Origin: an uncultured Maribacter sp.
Lineage (GTDB): Bacteria > Bacteroidota > Bacteroidia > Flavobacteriales > Flavobacteriaceae
Direction of reading: 5' to 3'
DNA: 64,000 nucleotides
Assembly (NCBI GenBank): GCA_964432915.1
Contig: CAYSPL010000014.1
Coordinates: 1,676-65,675, forward strand
This document shows positions 29,772-39,283 of this stretch, in pieces (the first letter of the stretch is position 1; each line of letters opens with the position of its first letter). Below the pieces are notes generated by a model that saw only the letters and a list, made by a program, of their open reading frames with translations, did no database searches and was not told the DNA's origin. The position numbers were made by a program, and so were the translations under genes.

Positions 29772-30485
29772 TTATACCTTCTTGAGCTCATCATCTTGTA
29801 TAAGGCTGTCATTTCTCAATCTCAAGAACACTTGGGCAGTGGTCACGACATCCAACTCACAGTAGTTGACAATGCGATCCAAATCTTTGTCCTCGTAAAA
29901 TACATCTCTTACCATACTGCCATCAATGTCTACTTTTGGAGAGGGAATGCCCAAAATGTTCGCGAGTAGCCTCAGTGATGTGAAATGTTTGTAATCTCCA
30001 AATTTCCAGAGTTCCATGGTATCCAAATGCGGAATTTCCCAGGGTTTTTTGCCAAAAAGATTCAATTTATAGGGCAATTCCAATCCATGAATTAGCATTC
30101 TTCTTGCTATATAAGGAAAATCAAATTCTTTAGCATTATGACCGCAAAGCAGGTGTTTACTTTTACTAAAATGATTTATAACTAACGATTTGAATTCCTT
30201 GAGTAGTTTTTTTTCTTCCCCGAAAAAAGAGGTTGTTCTAAAGGTTCTGATATCTCCTTTAAAATTGAAATAGCCCACCGAGATGCAAATGATTTTTCCA
30301 AATTCAGCCCATATTCCGGCACGTTCATAAAACTCCTCGGGGGTAAAATCTTCTTTTCGCTGGTATTTTGATTTTTGAGCCCAGAGTTCCTTCTTTTCAT
30401 CATCTAGTTCATTGAAACTTTCTTTTTCGGGCACCGTTTCAATGTCTAAGAATAAAATGTTCTCAAGGTCCATTCTATCTAACAT
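29772..30485 (-). CDS. 3'-5' exonuclease (DEDD, PolB-like)
   Basis: 237 aa; FLDIETVP, GHNAKEFDFPYI, HLDTMELW, YCELDV. Confidence 0.9.
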   Translation of the reverse strand: MLDRMDLENILFLDIETVPEKESFNELDDEKKELWAQKSKYQRKEDFTPEEFYERAGIWAEFGKIICISVGYFNFKGDIRTFRTTSFFGEEKKLLKEFKSLVINHFSKSKHLLCGHNAKEFDFPYIARRMLIHGLELPYKLNLFGKKPWEIPHLDTMELWKFGDYKHFTSLRLLANILGIPSPKVDIDGSMVRDVFYEDKDLDRIVNYCELDVVTTAQVFLRLRNDSLIQDDELKKV

Positions 30486-32274
30486 CTGGGTTATATTTTA
30501 GTAATAAAAGTGCCTTGGTATTATTTAATTCAATTACGGAATCATTTTTAACGGAAAAGTTCAGTGTGTCAAAAATCAATTTTACAGCAACATTCTTATT
30601 TCTTTTATTAATTACCAATTCTTCTCCTGAATTATCATAATAATCACTACCATTTTTTGAAAATTCAATTAAACTTTTCTTCAGCGGAATTTTAAGAACA
30701 ACATTCGAATCTTCTTTAATCGTTAAAATTAGTTTCATGTTTTCACGACTATACTTTAATTCAAAAGAATTGGCATCAACATTCTGATTTGATTCATAAA
30801 ACCGATTTAATATTCTAAGCTCATCGAACTCGGAAATATCATAATTTGTATTTCCAAATGAGGAATAATTAAAGTACTCGAAGTATTCAAAAGCCTCTCT
30901 TATTCGATTTTTTTCAGTGACTTTAATCCCCAAAGAATCAAGAACTTTGTCTCCATAAAAGCTGTATTTTCTTCCACCATACTTTTCATAAGCCCCTTTG
31001 ATATTAATTCCGGTAACGGTATCAATGGTATTTAATGAATTTCTTTCCTTCAAATAATTCAATATTGATTCTAGTTGCTCGTTTTCTTTTAAAGTCGCTA
31101 TTTTATCATTAGATAGTACAGTTTTGTATACTTTTTCAAATTGGTTGATTTGACTTCTTTTTGATACACTTGATGCTCCCCAAAACCCAAAAGAAGAGAG
31201 AATTGTCAAAACAAACAATGAAAGCGGTAGCAGTAACAGTTTTTTCTTTTTGCTGAACAACAAGTACAATGTCATGCCCAATATCCACAGGGCAATGACC
31301 AAAACAAAATATCTATTTTCGGTAATACCGTAGTCACTGATACGCCTGAATATTGCTGTGAACAATAAACCTATCAAGGGCAGTAAAAGGATATAAAACC
31401 AGGGGTGGAATATATTTATGGACCATGATTTGATTGTTTTTTGCACGGGATTGATGATTACCTGAATCACAAAACCTAAAATTGCCAAGGCGGTTACCAA
31501 ATAAGATACCCAACCTTTGGGAAGCTCCCATTGGAATAAAATTTTAAAAGCGTAAGCATAGAGAATAATGATGTATAAGATGACCAACGGAATCAAAATA
31601 TATTTCACAAATACCTCCAGTGCTTTGTTGAATTGGATCTTGGTTTCTTGATGAATCGCTCTGGGAAAGTCTGAGAGATAAATCCAGGTATTCACGATAC
31701 CCACGCAAAAGATAAATAACTGAAAATAGGTTTTCTCATCTATGTCAACCTCAAATAAGGCATCGATTGCCGCTAAAGCCAAAACCAAACCAACGTACAA
31801 AACGCCAGAAAACAGGGCGCTTCTCACAATGGCAAAGGCTATTGATTTTAGATAATTCCAATAGGAAGTTTTGTTCCATTGAAAAAGAAAAGGGGCAAAG
31901 AACACAAACAAATGACCTGAAATTATATAAAGAAAAAAACGAATAACAAATTTTGGGTGTTCATCAAAGGGATCCTCAAGAGGCAAATGATTACAAAAAA
32001 GCATAAGGAGAATGACAATGACGACCTGTATGATAATGCTCTTTATCTTATTTTGTAATTGTTCACTAAGAAAACGAGCACCAATCAGCCAGCTGATTCC
32101 CAAAATTGTTGTCAAAACTATATTTACTTGACCGTCAACCAGAGAATTAGAAGGCTCGTCGACCAGCCAAATCGCATATAAGGTGCCACAAATCGCCCAT
32201 AAAAGAGTTAAAGGAAACCTTTTGAATGCGTTTTGCGCTTTACCGGTAATTTCAGATAATGAAGGTAAATTCAT
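30475..32274 (-). CDS. DUF4153-like membrane protein
   Basis: About 12 TM segments, YILIPL..LY..ILYAY, RISDYGITENRY; AT-rich soluble C-terminus. Confidence 0.8.
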   Translation of the reverse strand: MNLPSLSEITGKAQNAFKRFPLTLLWAICGTLYAIWLVDEPSNSLVDGQVNIVLTTILGISWLIGARFLSEQLQNKIKSIIIQVVIVILLMLFCNHLPLEDPFDEHPKFVIRFFLYIISGHLFVFFAPFLFQWNKTSYWNYLKSIAFAIVRSALFSGVLYVGLVLALAAIDALFEVDIDEKTYFQLFIFCVGIVNTWIYLSDFPRAIHQETKIQFNKALEVFVKYILIPLVILYIIILYAYAFKILFQWELPKGWVSYLVTALAILGFVIQVIINPVQKTIKSWSINIFHPWFYILLLPLIGLLFTAIFRRISDYGITENRYFVLVIALWILGMTLYLLFSKKKKLLLLPLSLFVLTILSSFGFWGASSVSKRSQINQFEKVYKTVLSNDKIATLKENEQLESILNYLKERNSLNTIDTVTGINIKGAYEKYGGRKYSFYGDKVLDSLGIKVTEKNRIREAFEYFEYFNYSSFGNTNYDISEFDELRILNRFYESNQNVDANSFELKYSRENMKLILTIKEDSNVVLKIPLKKSLIEFSKNGSDYYDNSGEELVINKRNKNVAVKLIFDTLNFSVKNDSVIELNNTKALLLLKYNPDVR

Positions 32275-32330
32275 TTGAAGAAAATTCGTATTAAATATAC
32301 ACACAAAAAATATCCTCTACTGGTGAGGAC

Positions 32331-32804
32331 TTAAAATAGGCTTTGCTGTTTTACCGGACTTTCATGTTCCAAGAGCCATTTTTTTCGGTGCAGACCACCA
32401 GCATAACCCGTCAATGATCCATCACTACCAATAACCCTATGACAAGGCACGGCAATCCATAGGGGGTTTTTACCATTTGCTGCAGCAACCGCTCGAATGG
32501 CCTTTACATCGCCCAAAATTTTGGAAAGTTCCAAATAAGATATTGTTTTGCCATAAGGAATATTCAACAGAGATTTCCATACTTTTTGTTGAAATTCGGT
32601 TCCTTGAGGGTTCATTTCGAAAGAAAATTCTTTTCTTTTACCTGAAAAGTATTCTTGAAGTTGATACACTGCATCCTCCAAAGCTTCCGGAATTACAATA
32701 GTTAGCGGTTCTTTTTGATTTAAAACGGAAATGGCAGACACTCCTTTTTCATCGCCCTCTATCTTGGCAATGCCCAAAGGCGTTTGTATAAATGCGATTT
32801 CCAT
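32331..32804 (-). CDS. ogt: Methylated-DNA--protein-cysteine methyltransferase
   Basis: 157 aa; GTEFQQKVW, IPYGKTISY, PCHRVIG active site. Confidence 0.95.
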   Translation of the reverse strand: MEIAFIQTPLGIAKIEGDEKGVSAISVLNQKEPLTIVIPEALEDAVYQLQEYFSGKRKEFSFEMNPQGTEFQQKVWKSLLNIPYGKTISYLELSKILGDVKAIRAVAAANGKNPLWIAVPCHRVIGSDGSLTGYAGGLHRKKWLLEHESPVKQQSLF

Positions 32805-32830
32805 GGATATTGGGATTAATCAAAATATTT

Positions 32831-33958
32831 TTATTGGTTTTCAGCAGTGTTTTCATTTTCAATGACCCCGCTTTCCTTTGCTCGGGTCTCCCATTTTTTT
32901 CTGGCCAATTGTTGTAGGTCAACCACATGGTCACTCTCATCCATTATTTCAAGCCCTAAAAGGGTTTCAATGACATCTTCCATGGTCACCAAACCACTCA
33001 CAGAACCATATTCGTCAACAACCAAGGCAATATGTTCTCTTTTGGCAACAAATCGCCCAAACAACTCAGGAATTGGTGTTTTCCGTTCCGCAATTAGAAG
33101 TTCTCGTTTGATTTCAGCTAAATTCATGCCTCCATTTCCGTTGACCAATTCCTCCAAAATATTGTCTTTCAAAACAAAACCTGTGATATGGTCTTCCTTA
33201 TCACTATAAACCGGAATTCTAGAAAATCGCATTTTCGGATTTTCATCAAAATAATCTTGAATCGATACATCTTCTTTAGCTATTTTCATTACCGTTCGGG
33301 GGGTCATCACATCTTTAACTAGCACCTCATCAAATCGCAGTAAATTTTTGATAATGGTACTTTCTGATTTTTCAAAAACACCCTCTTCATGCGCAATATC
33401 CGTCATTGCTGTAAAGTCTTCTCGACTGAGCACACTTCCATGATGGCCCTTTCCGCCTACCATTTTGGTAAACAATTGCAATAGCCATAACAGTCCAGTA
33501 TACTTTAAAAAGAGCACCATGATCGTCAATGTTTTGGCCGTAAAATTGGCCAAACCTCTCCAGTAGGTGGCACCGATGGTTTTGGGTATTATTTCAGAGG
33601 CGACCAAGATTAGAATGGTCATAATGGTAGAGACCACCCCGACCATTAGATCTTCAGTAAATTCTATTCCGAAAAAGCTTCTGGCACTACTGCCGTATAG
33701 CTGTGCATAGGCTGCTTTTGCCTGAACACCCACCAAGATCGCACCAACGGTATGGGCAATCGTATTCAAAGTCAGAATAGCGATCAAGGGTTTGTCAACG
33801 TCGGCTTTTAACTCCTCAAAAGTATGGGCATAGGCCTTGCCTTCCTTTTTCTTGACACTAATAAAAGTGGGCGTGATACTTAAAAGTACGGCCTCAAGAA
33901 TTGAACATAAAAAAGAAAAGAAAATTGAGATGAATGCGTAAAATAGTAGTAAGCCCAT
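32831..33958 (-). CDS. CNNM/CBS domain membrane protein (hemolysin/CorC-like)
   Basis: 375 aa; SILEAVLLS, ILTLNTIAHT, SEIIPKTIG, MTPR, FSRIP, VVDEYG, TMEDVIE. Confidence 0.88.
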   Translation of the reverse strand: MGLLLFYAFISIFFSFLCSILEAVLLSITPTFISVKKKEGKAYAHTFEELKADVDKPLIAILTLNTIAHTVGAILVGVQAKAAYAQLYGSSARSFFGIEFTEDLMVGVVSTIMTILILVASEIIPKTIGATYWRGLANFTAKTLTIMVLFLKYTGLLWLLQLFTKMVGGKGHHGSVLSREDFTAMTDIAHEEGVFEKSESTIIKNLLRFDEVLVKDVMTPRTVMKIAKEDVSIQDYFDENPKMRFSRIPVYSDKEDHITGFVLKDNILEELVNGNGGMNLAEIKRELLIAERKTPIPELFGRFVAKREHIALVVDEYGSVSGLVTMEDVIETLLGLEIMDESDHVVDLQQLARKKWETRAKESGVIENENTAENQ

Positions 33959-33991
33959 AAAGTGTTTCGTCTGGTGCTAAGATACCAAAAT

Positions 33992-35344
33992 TCAGTGGTG
34001 AATGATATTTTTATTGGGTGGCGAGAATGCTTTATAGAATACTTGTTGAATTGCGGGGCGTACTTTCAGACGATATAAATTTCTATTTTCCCTTGAAGGA
34101 TAGACTCGATTGGACAAAAAGATAAAGACCAATTGGTGTTCAGGGTCTGCCCAAACAAATGTGCCCGTAAAACCACTATGACCAAAACTATCGGCACCCA
34201 CCTCGGGGGCCGGATATGATGCGGACAAATTCAAAACGGAATTATTAAGCAAGGGTTTATCAAAACCCAACCCTCTTCGGTTCTCATTTTCAGGATATTG
34301 AACCTTGATGAATTCTTTTACGGTTTCTTTTGAGATGTATCTTTTATCGGCATAGGTGCCGTACTGCATGTACATTTGCATGATTTTGGCCAAATCTGTT
34401 GCCGTGGCAAAAAGACCTGCATTGCCCGAAACACCCCCTAAAAGGGCAGCATTTTCATCATGTACCCAACCTTGGGTCAGGGTATTACGGAATAAGGTAT
34501 CATTTTCCGTCGGGACTATTTTATTGGAAAAATTTTTCAATTTAGGTCTGAAACCCATGGTTTTCATGCCCAAAGGCACATAGAATAGATCTCTTAGAAA
34601 TGTTTCATAAGGCTGCCCAGAAAGTTCCGCTATGAGTTGTGGAAAAATCAAAAAAGTCAAGCCTGAGTAGGTATACTTTTTTTCTCCTACCGCTGATTTT
34701 TCAATCATACGGTACATTTTTTTATTGAGGTTGTTGTTAATGAAAAGTCTGTCGTACGCCTGTTTTTCAAATTTTTTCCTTAGTGAGGTTCGCACATAGC
34801 GCCTTTTGAACTTTCCATTCTTTTTCAGAACCATATTCAAGAAAACAATATAGGGTTTCAAGCCGGCTTGGTGGGCCAAGATTTCTCGTAATGTAATATC
34901 TTTTTTGTTTTCGATTTTTTGCCAAGACTTCCAATAGGTGCTGAAAGGCGCATCTAAATCCAGTTTCCCCTCATCAACCAATTTCATTAAAGCTGGCAAG
35001 GGGCCAGTGATTTTGGTAACCGAAGCCAAATCATAGATATCATCCAATTGCACAGTTTGGGTTGAATCAAAAGTGTGATGCCCATATGCTTTGTGAAAGA
35101 TGATTTTAGCATCTTTGGCGACCAAAACTTGTGCTCCGGGGAAAGCCTCTTTTTTAATGGCAGTGGTCATTATGGAATCTACTTTTCTGTAAATAAAAAC
35201 GGAATCCATACCAACTTCAGAAGGGTTCGTATAAGTCAATTCAGAATTTGGACCAAAGTGTAGTTCTTGCGGAATACCTTCTTGTGAGGTTAAAACCAAA
35301 TAAGTCAAAGAAAACAGTATGCAAATAAAATTTCGCATCATCAT
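33992..35344 (-). CDS. Serine hydrolase, beta-lactamase class C-like family
   Basis: LASVTK (SxxK), YSG, HSGFTG, LSNRVYP; start approximate. Confidence 0.88.
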   Translation of the reverse strand: MMMRNFICILFSLTYLVLTSQEGIPQELHFGPNSELTYTNPSEVGMDSVFIYRKVDSIMTTAIKKEAFPGAQVLVAKDAKIIFHKAYGHHTFDSTQTVQLDDIYDLASVTKITGPLPALMKLVDEGKLDLDAPFSTYWKSWQKIENKKDITLREILAHQAGLKPYIVFLNMVLKKNGKFKRRYVRTSLRKKFEKQAYDRLFINNNLNKKMYRMIEKSAVGEKKYTYSGLTFLIFPQLIAELSGQPYETFLRDLFYVPLGMKTMGFRPKLKNFSNKIVPTENDTLFRNTLTQGWVHDENAALLGGVSGNAGLFATATDLAKIMQMYMQYGTYADKRYISKETVKEFIKVQYPENENRRGLGFDKPLLNNSVLNLSASYPAPEVGADSFGHSGFTGTFVWADPEHQLVFIFLSNRVYPSRENRNLYRLKVRPAIQQVFYKAFSPPNKNIIHH

Positions 35345-35373
35345 ATGGGTGTTGCACAAGAAAGGTACTTAAA

Positions 35374-36363
35374 TTAACCCATTAAGCTCACCGCATCTTT
35401 GGCAAAATAACTGGCTATGAAGTTCGCCCCCGCTCTTTTTATCGATATCAACTGTTCCATCATGACTGAATCATGGTCTAACCATCCTTTTTCGGCCGCA
35501 GCTTTAAGCATGGCGTATTCTCCACTTACCTGATAAACGGCAACGGGCACATCAACTTCGTTTCTTATTTCACGAACGATATCGAGATAAGCAAGGCCCG
35601 GTTTTACCATGACAATATCGGCCCCTTCATCAATATCTTGTTGTGCCTCGGTAATGGCTTCAAAGCGATTTGCTGAATCCATTTGGTAGGTTTTTTTGTC
35701 TTTTGGAACATTTTTTTCATCTACCGGGGCAGAATTCAAAGCATCACGAAAAGGACCGTAAAAAGCACTGGCATATTTGGCACTGTAAGCCATGATACCG
35801 GTATTTATATAACCCTCATCTTCCAGTGCTTCCCTGATGGTTAAAACACGACCATCCATCATATCACTCGGAGCAACAAAATCAGCACCTGCCTTGGCAT
35901 GAGAGATACTCATTTCAGCCAAAACCTCAAGGGTATCATCATTCACAATTTGACCGTCTTTAACAATGCCATCATGTCCGAGGGAAGAATAGGGATCCAT
36001 CGCAACATCGGTCATGACCAACATATCAGGACAAGCATCTTTTACTGTTTTAATGGCACGCTGCATGAGTCCGTCTTGACTTATGGCCTCTGTGCCTCTA
36101 TAGTCTTTCAAGTTATCTGGCACCTTCACGAACAAAAGCACAGCGCACAAACCCATATTCCAAAGTTCTTTGACTTCTTTTTCAAGATGGTCCAAACTGA
36201 GTCTGTAATAATTTGGCATAGAAGGAATTTCCTCTTTTACATTAGTGCCTTCCACCACAAAAAGAGGCACTAAAAAATCACTTGGTGTCAAAATGGTTTC
36301 ACGAACCAAACTGCGAATGGCTTCGCTGCTTCTTAGTCGTCTATTTCTTCTTAATGGAAACAT
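35374..36363 (-). CDS. hemB: Porphobilinogen synthase
   Basis: 329 aa; APSDMMDGR, YSAKYASAFYGPFRDA, MVKPG, YQVSGEY. Confidence 0.97.
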   Translation of the reverse strand: MFPLRRNRRLRSSEAIRSLVRETILTPSDFLVPLFVVEGTNVKEEIPSMPNYYRLSLDHLEKEVKELWNMGLCAVLLFVKVPDNLKDYRGTEAISQDGLMQRAIKTVKDACPDMLVMTDVAMDPYSSLGHDGIVKDGQIVNDDTLEVLAEMSISHAKAGADFVAPSDMMDGRVLTIREALEDEGYINTGIMAYSAKYASAFYGPFRDALNSAPVDEKNVPKDKKTYQMDSANRFEAITEAQQDIDEGADIVMVKPGLAYLDIVREIRNEVDVPVAVYQVSGEYAMLKAAAEKGWLDHDSVMMEQLISIKRAGANFIASYFAKDAVSLMG

Positions 36364-36384
36364 AGTTTTATGTTTTTGTAAATT

Positions 36385-37287
36385 TTAAACCCAATCTTTC
36401 GGCTTTTTGAGAACTTCCAATAATTTGGCTTCCGCACTCCCTTTTTCTGGTTGGTGATTATACTTCCATTGTACATGAGGAGGAAGACTCATCAGTATAC
36501 TTTCTATTCTTCCGTTGGTTTTCAGTCCGAATAACGTGCCTTTGTCATGTACCAGATTAAATTCCACATAACGCCCTCTTCTTATTTCTTGCCAATCGCG
36601 CTGAAGCTCAGTAAAATCATCATTCATACGTTTTGTAACAATCGGTATATATGATTCTAAAAAATTATCGCCTACTTCGGTTACAAAAGCATACCAATCT
36701 TGCATGGTCATAACCTCATTGGCTTTGCAATAATCAAAAAACAACCCGCCTACACCGCGTGCCTCATTTCTATGGGCATTCCAAAAATAGGCATCACATC
36801 GCTCCTTATATTTTGGATAGAATTCTGAATTATGTTCGTCGCAAGCTTTTTTGCAAATCGAGTGAAAATGAACCGCATCTTCTTCAAAAAGATAATAAGG
36901 AGTGAGGTCTTGACCACCTCCAAACCATTGATCGACTATGTTCCCTTTTTTGTCATACATTTCAAAATAACGCCAATTGGCATGAACCGTGGGCACCATT
37001 GGGTTTTTTGGGTGCAAGACTAAACTTAGTCCGCAGGCATAGAAATCAACTTCCCCCACACCGAAATAGCTTTGCATGCTATTGGGCAATGCCCCATGAA
37101 CCCCAGAGATATTCACACCGCCTTTTTCAAAAACGTTTCCATTTTCAATAATGCGCGTTCTGCCACCACCACCTTCAGGCCGCTTCCAAATATCTTCTTG
37201 AAATTTAGCCTGACCGTCTATTTCCTCCAGTTTGGCGGTAATTTGGTTTTGTAGGATTTGTATGTATGAAAAGAACTTGTCTTTCAT
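36385..37287 (-). CDS. hemF: Oxygen-dependent coproporphyrinogen III oxidase
   Basis: 300 aa; FEKGGVN, PTVHANWRYF, WFGGG.DLTP, RRGRYVEFNL. Confidence 0.97.
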   Translation of the reverse strand: MKDKFFSYIQILQNQITAKLEEIDGQAKFQEDIWKRPEGGGGRTRIIENGNVFEKGGVNISGVHGALPNSMQSYFGVGEVDFYACGLSLVLHPKNPMVPTVHANWRYFEMYDKKGNIVDQWFGGGQDLTPYYLFEEDAVHFHSICKKACDEHNSEFYPKYKERCDAYFWNAHRNEARGVGGLFFDYCKANEVMTMQDWYAFVTEVGDNFLESYIPIVTKRMNDDFTELQRDWQEIRRGRYVEFNLVHDKGTLFGLKTNGRIESILMSLPPHVQWKYNHQPEKGSAEAKLLEVLKKPKDWV

Positions 37288-37814
37288 GATGTCAATTCAT
37301 AAAGTTCCATATCTAAAGGTGGTTCATTTGGTGGCGTATGCTCGGCTTTCAAGACACCTTTCCATAAATAACCACATTTCTCTGCCACTCTAACACTGGC
37401 ACCATTCCCCTTATGTGCAATGATTTGAAGTGTTTTTAATTTCAATTCTTCAAAAGCCCATCGAGATATCGCTTTTACTACATCTGTCATATACCCTTTA
37501 CCTTCAGCTTTGTAGTCAATACAATACGCCAGTTCACCTTGTTTATTCTCCCAATCCAACTCTTTTAAATAAACGAGTCCGATTACTAAGTGATTTTCTT
37601 TTTCCTTTAAAACGAATAAAAATTCTTTTTTGGCTTCGAACTTTTTGACCTTGCGTTCAACAAAATATTTAGACAAATCAGGCGTGCTATTTTGTTCAAG
37701 TGTTTTCGAAAAAAACCGTTTTATTCGTTCTGCATTTATGGTGCAAAAATCACAAATACGCCAGGCATACTTTTCATGAATAGGGTCAATGTAGTAATTT
37801 TCAAATTCGAACAC
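37284..37814 (-). CDS. GNAT family N-acetyltransferase (RimJ/RimL-like)
   Basis: 176 aa; GELAYCI, EGKGYMT, N.ASVRVAEKCG. Confidence 0.85.
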   Translation of the reverse strand: MFEFENYYIDPIHEKYAWRICDFCTINAERIKRFFSKTLEQNSTPDLSKYFVERKVKKFEAKKEFLFVLKEKENHLVIGLVYLKELDWENKQGELAYCIDYKAEGKGYMTDVVKAISRWAFEELKLKTLQIIAHKGNGASVRVAEKCGYLWKGVLKAEHTPPNEPPLDMELYELTS

Positions 37815-37826
37815 CCAAATGACTTT

Positions 37827-38858
37827 TTATGTTGGACTTCTATATTCTTTTACCGCATCAATAAAAGCTTTCGCGTTTTCAACAGGAACGGTTGGCAAAA
37901 TACCATGTCCTAAATTCACGATATAATTATCCTTACCAAATTCATTGATCATTTTGGCAACCATCTTTTTTATTTCAGCAGGAGGGGAGAACAATCTAGA
38001 CGGATCAAAATTACCCTGGAGCGTTATCTTTCCTCCACTTAAGTAACGTGCATTTCGTGCCGAGCACGTCCAATCCACCCCCAATGCAGAAGCTCCTGAT
38101 TTTGCCATTTCGCCGAGTGCAAACCAGCATCCTTTTCCGAATACAATTACGGGGGCATCATCTTTTAATGCGTCAATAATTTGTTGTATGTACTGAAAAG
38201 AAAACTCTTGGTAATCAACGGGCGAAAGCATGCCTCCCCAAGAATCAAAAACTTGCACGGCATTAACGCCAGCTTTTACTTTCGCGTTTAAGTAAGCGAT
38301 TGTGGTATCAGTGATCTTTTGCAACAGTTCATGCGCAACATGGGGTTGTGTAAAACACAACTCTTTGGCTTTGTCAAAATTCTTACTGCCTTGACCCTGA
38401 ACACAATAACAAAGAATAGTCCATGGTGAACCGGCAAAACCTATTAAAGGCACTTCGTCATTCAACTTTTCTTTGGTAGCCTTAATGGCTTTCATGACAT
38501 AATCGAGAGCATCATTAACATCAGGAATGATAACTGAATCCAAATCTTTTTGTGACCGAATGGGGTTTGGTAAATACGGACCAAAGTTTGGCTTCATTTC
38601 AACCTCAATATTCATAGCCTGAGGAATGACCAAAATATCGGAAAAAAGAATGGCAGCATCCATACCATATCTTCGAATGGGCTGTACCGTGATTTCAGAG
38701 GCCAATTCAGGAGTTTGACAGCGGGTGAAGAAATCATATTTGGCTTTGATTTCCATAAACTCTGGAAGATATCTACCCGCTTGACGCATCATCCAAACCG
38801 GAGGTCTTTCAACAGTTTCGCCATTTAAGGCTCTAAGAAACAAGTCGTTTTTAATCAT
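37827..38858 (-). CDS. hemE: Uroporphyrinogen decarboxylase
   Basis: 343 aa; [38 protein letters not shown]. Confidence 0.97.
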   Translation of the reverse strand: MIKNDLFLRALNGETVERPPVWMMRQAGRYLPEFMEIKAKYDFFTRCQTPELASEITVQPIRRYGMDAAILFSDILVIPQAMNIEVEMKPNFGPYLPNPIRSQKDLDSVIIPDVNDALDYVMKAIKATKEKLNDEVPLIGFAGSPWTILCYCVQGQGSKNFDKAKELCFTQPHVAHELLQKITDTTIAYLNAKVKAGVNAVQVFDSWGGMLSPVDYQEFSFQYIQQIIDALKDDAPVIVFGKGCWFALGEMAKSGASALGVDWTCSARNARYLSGGKITLQGNFDPSRLFSPPAEIKKMVAKMINEFGKDNYIVNLGHGILPTVPVENAKAFIDAVKEYRSPT

Positions 38859-38861
38859 ATG

Positions 38862-38889
38862 TAGGTGTTAGCTATTAGCTTTTGGCCTT
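38862..38889. repeat. Degenerate 7-bp tandem array (4 units) downstream of the four-helix-bundle pseudogene
   Basis: TAGGTGT TAGCTAT TAGCTTT TGGCCTT. Confidence 0.6.
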
Positions 38890-39246
38890 TAACTATTTTT
38901 TATTTTTCGAATAAGGACATTTATCATTTTTGCTTCGTTTTCGAGCAGGGCATGAATAACTTTAAGTTCTTCGGATTTAATCAATCCCATTTCTTCAATT
39001 ATTATTTGTGTTTCAACCTCAAACAGAGAATCAATTGCGATTTCTAAATAGCGCTTGAACTCAACTTCACTATTTCTACTACACTACAGCCTTCTGCAAT
39101 GTTGGAAGGGATAGTCACAGCAGCTCTGGTAATTTGACTTCGTAAACCAAATTTTTCTTCAGACGGTAGTTTTTCAGACAACCGTATCCTAGTTTTACGA
39201 TTTCAATACCGTTTCTACAAATATCAAGCTTTCTAAAATCTCTCAT
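38889..39246 (-). pseudogene. Four-helix-bundle (23S rRNA-IVP/S23/bAvd-like) protein pseudogene with two frameshifts
   Basis: Reconstructed MRDFRKLDI...[57 protein letters not shown]...; 1-nt loss near 39180 and 5-nt duplication ACTAC-ACTAC at 39078-39087. Confidence 0.9.
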
Positions 39247-39262
39247 CACAATTATCTATTTT

Positions 39263-39283
39263 CCAACACCCAATACCCAACCT
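39263..39283. repeat. Degenerate 7-bp tandem array (3 units) upstream of the four-helix-bundle pseudogene
   Basis: CCAACAC CCAATAC CCAACCT. Confidence 0.6.

Noticed and set aside
38889-39246. Diversity-generating retroelement suggested by the Avd-like fold
   Set aside because: No reverse transcriptase and no template/variable repeat pair in the window.
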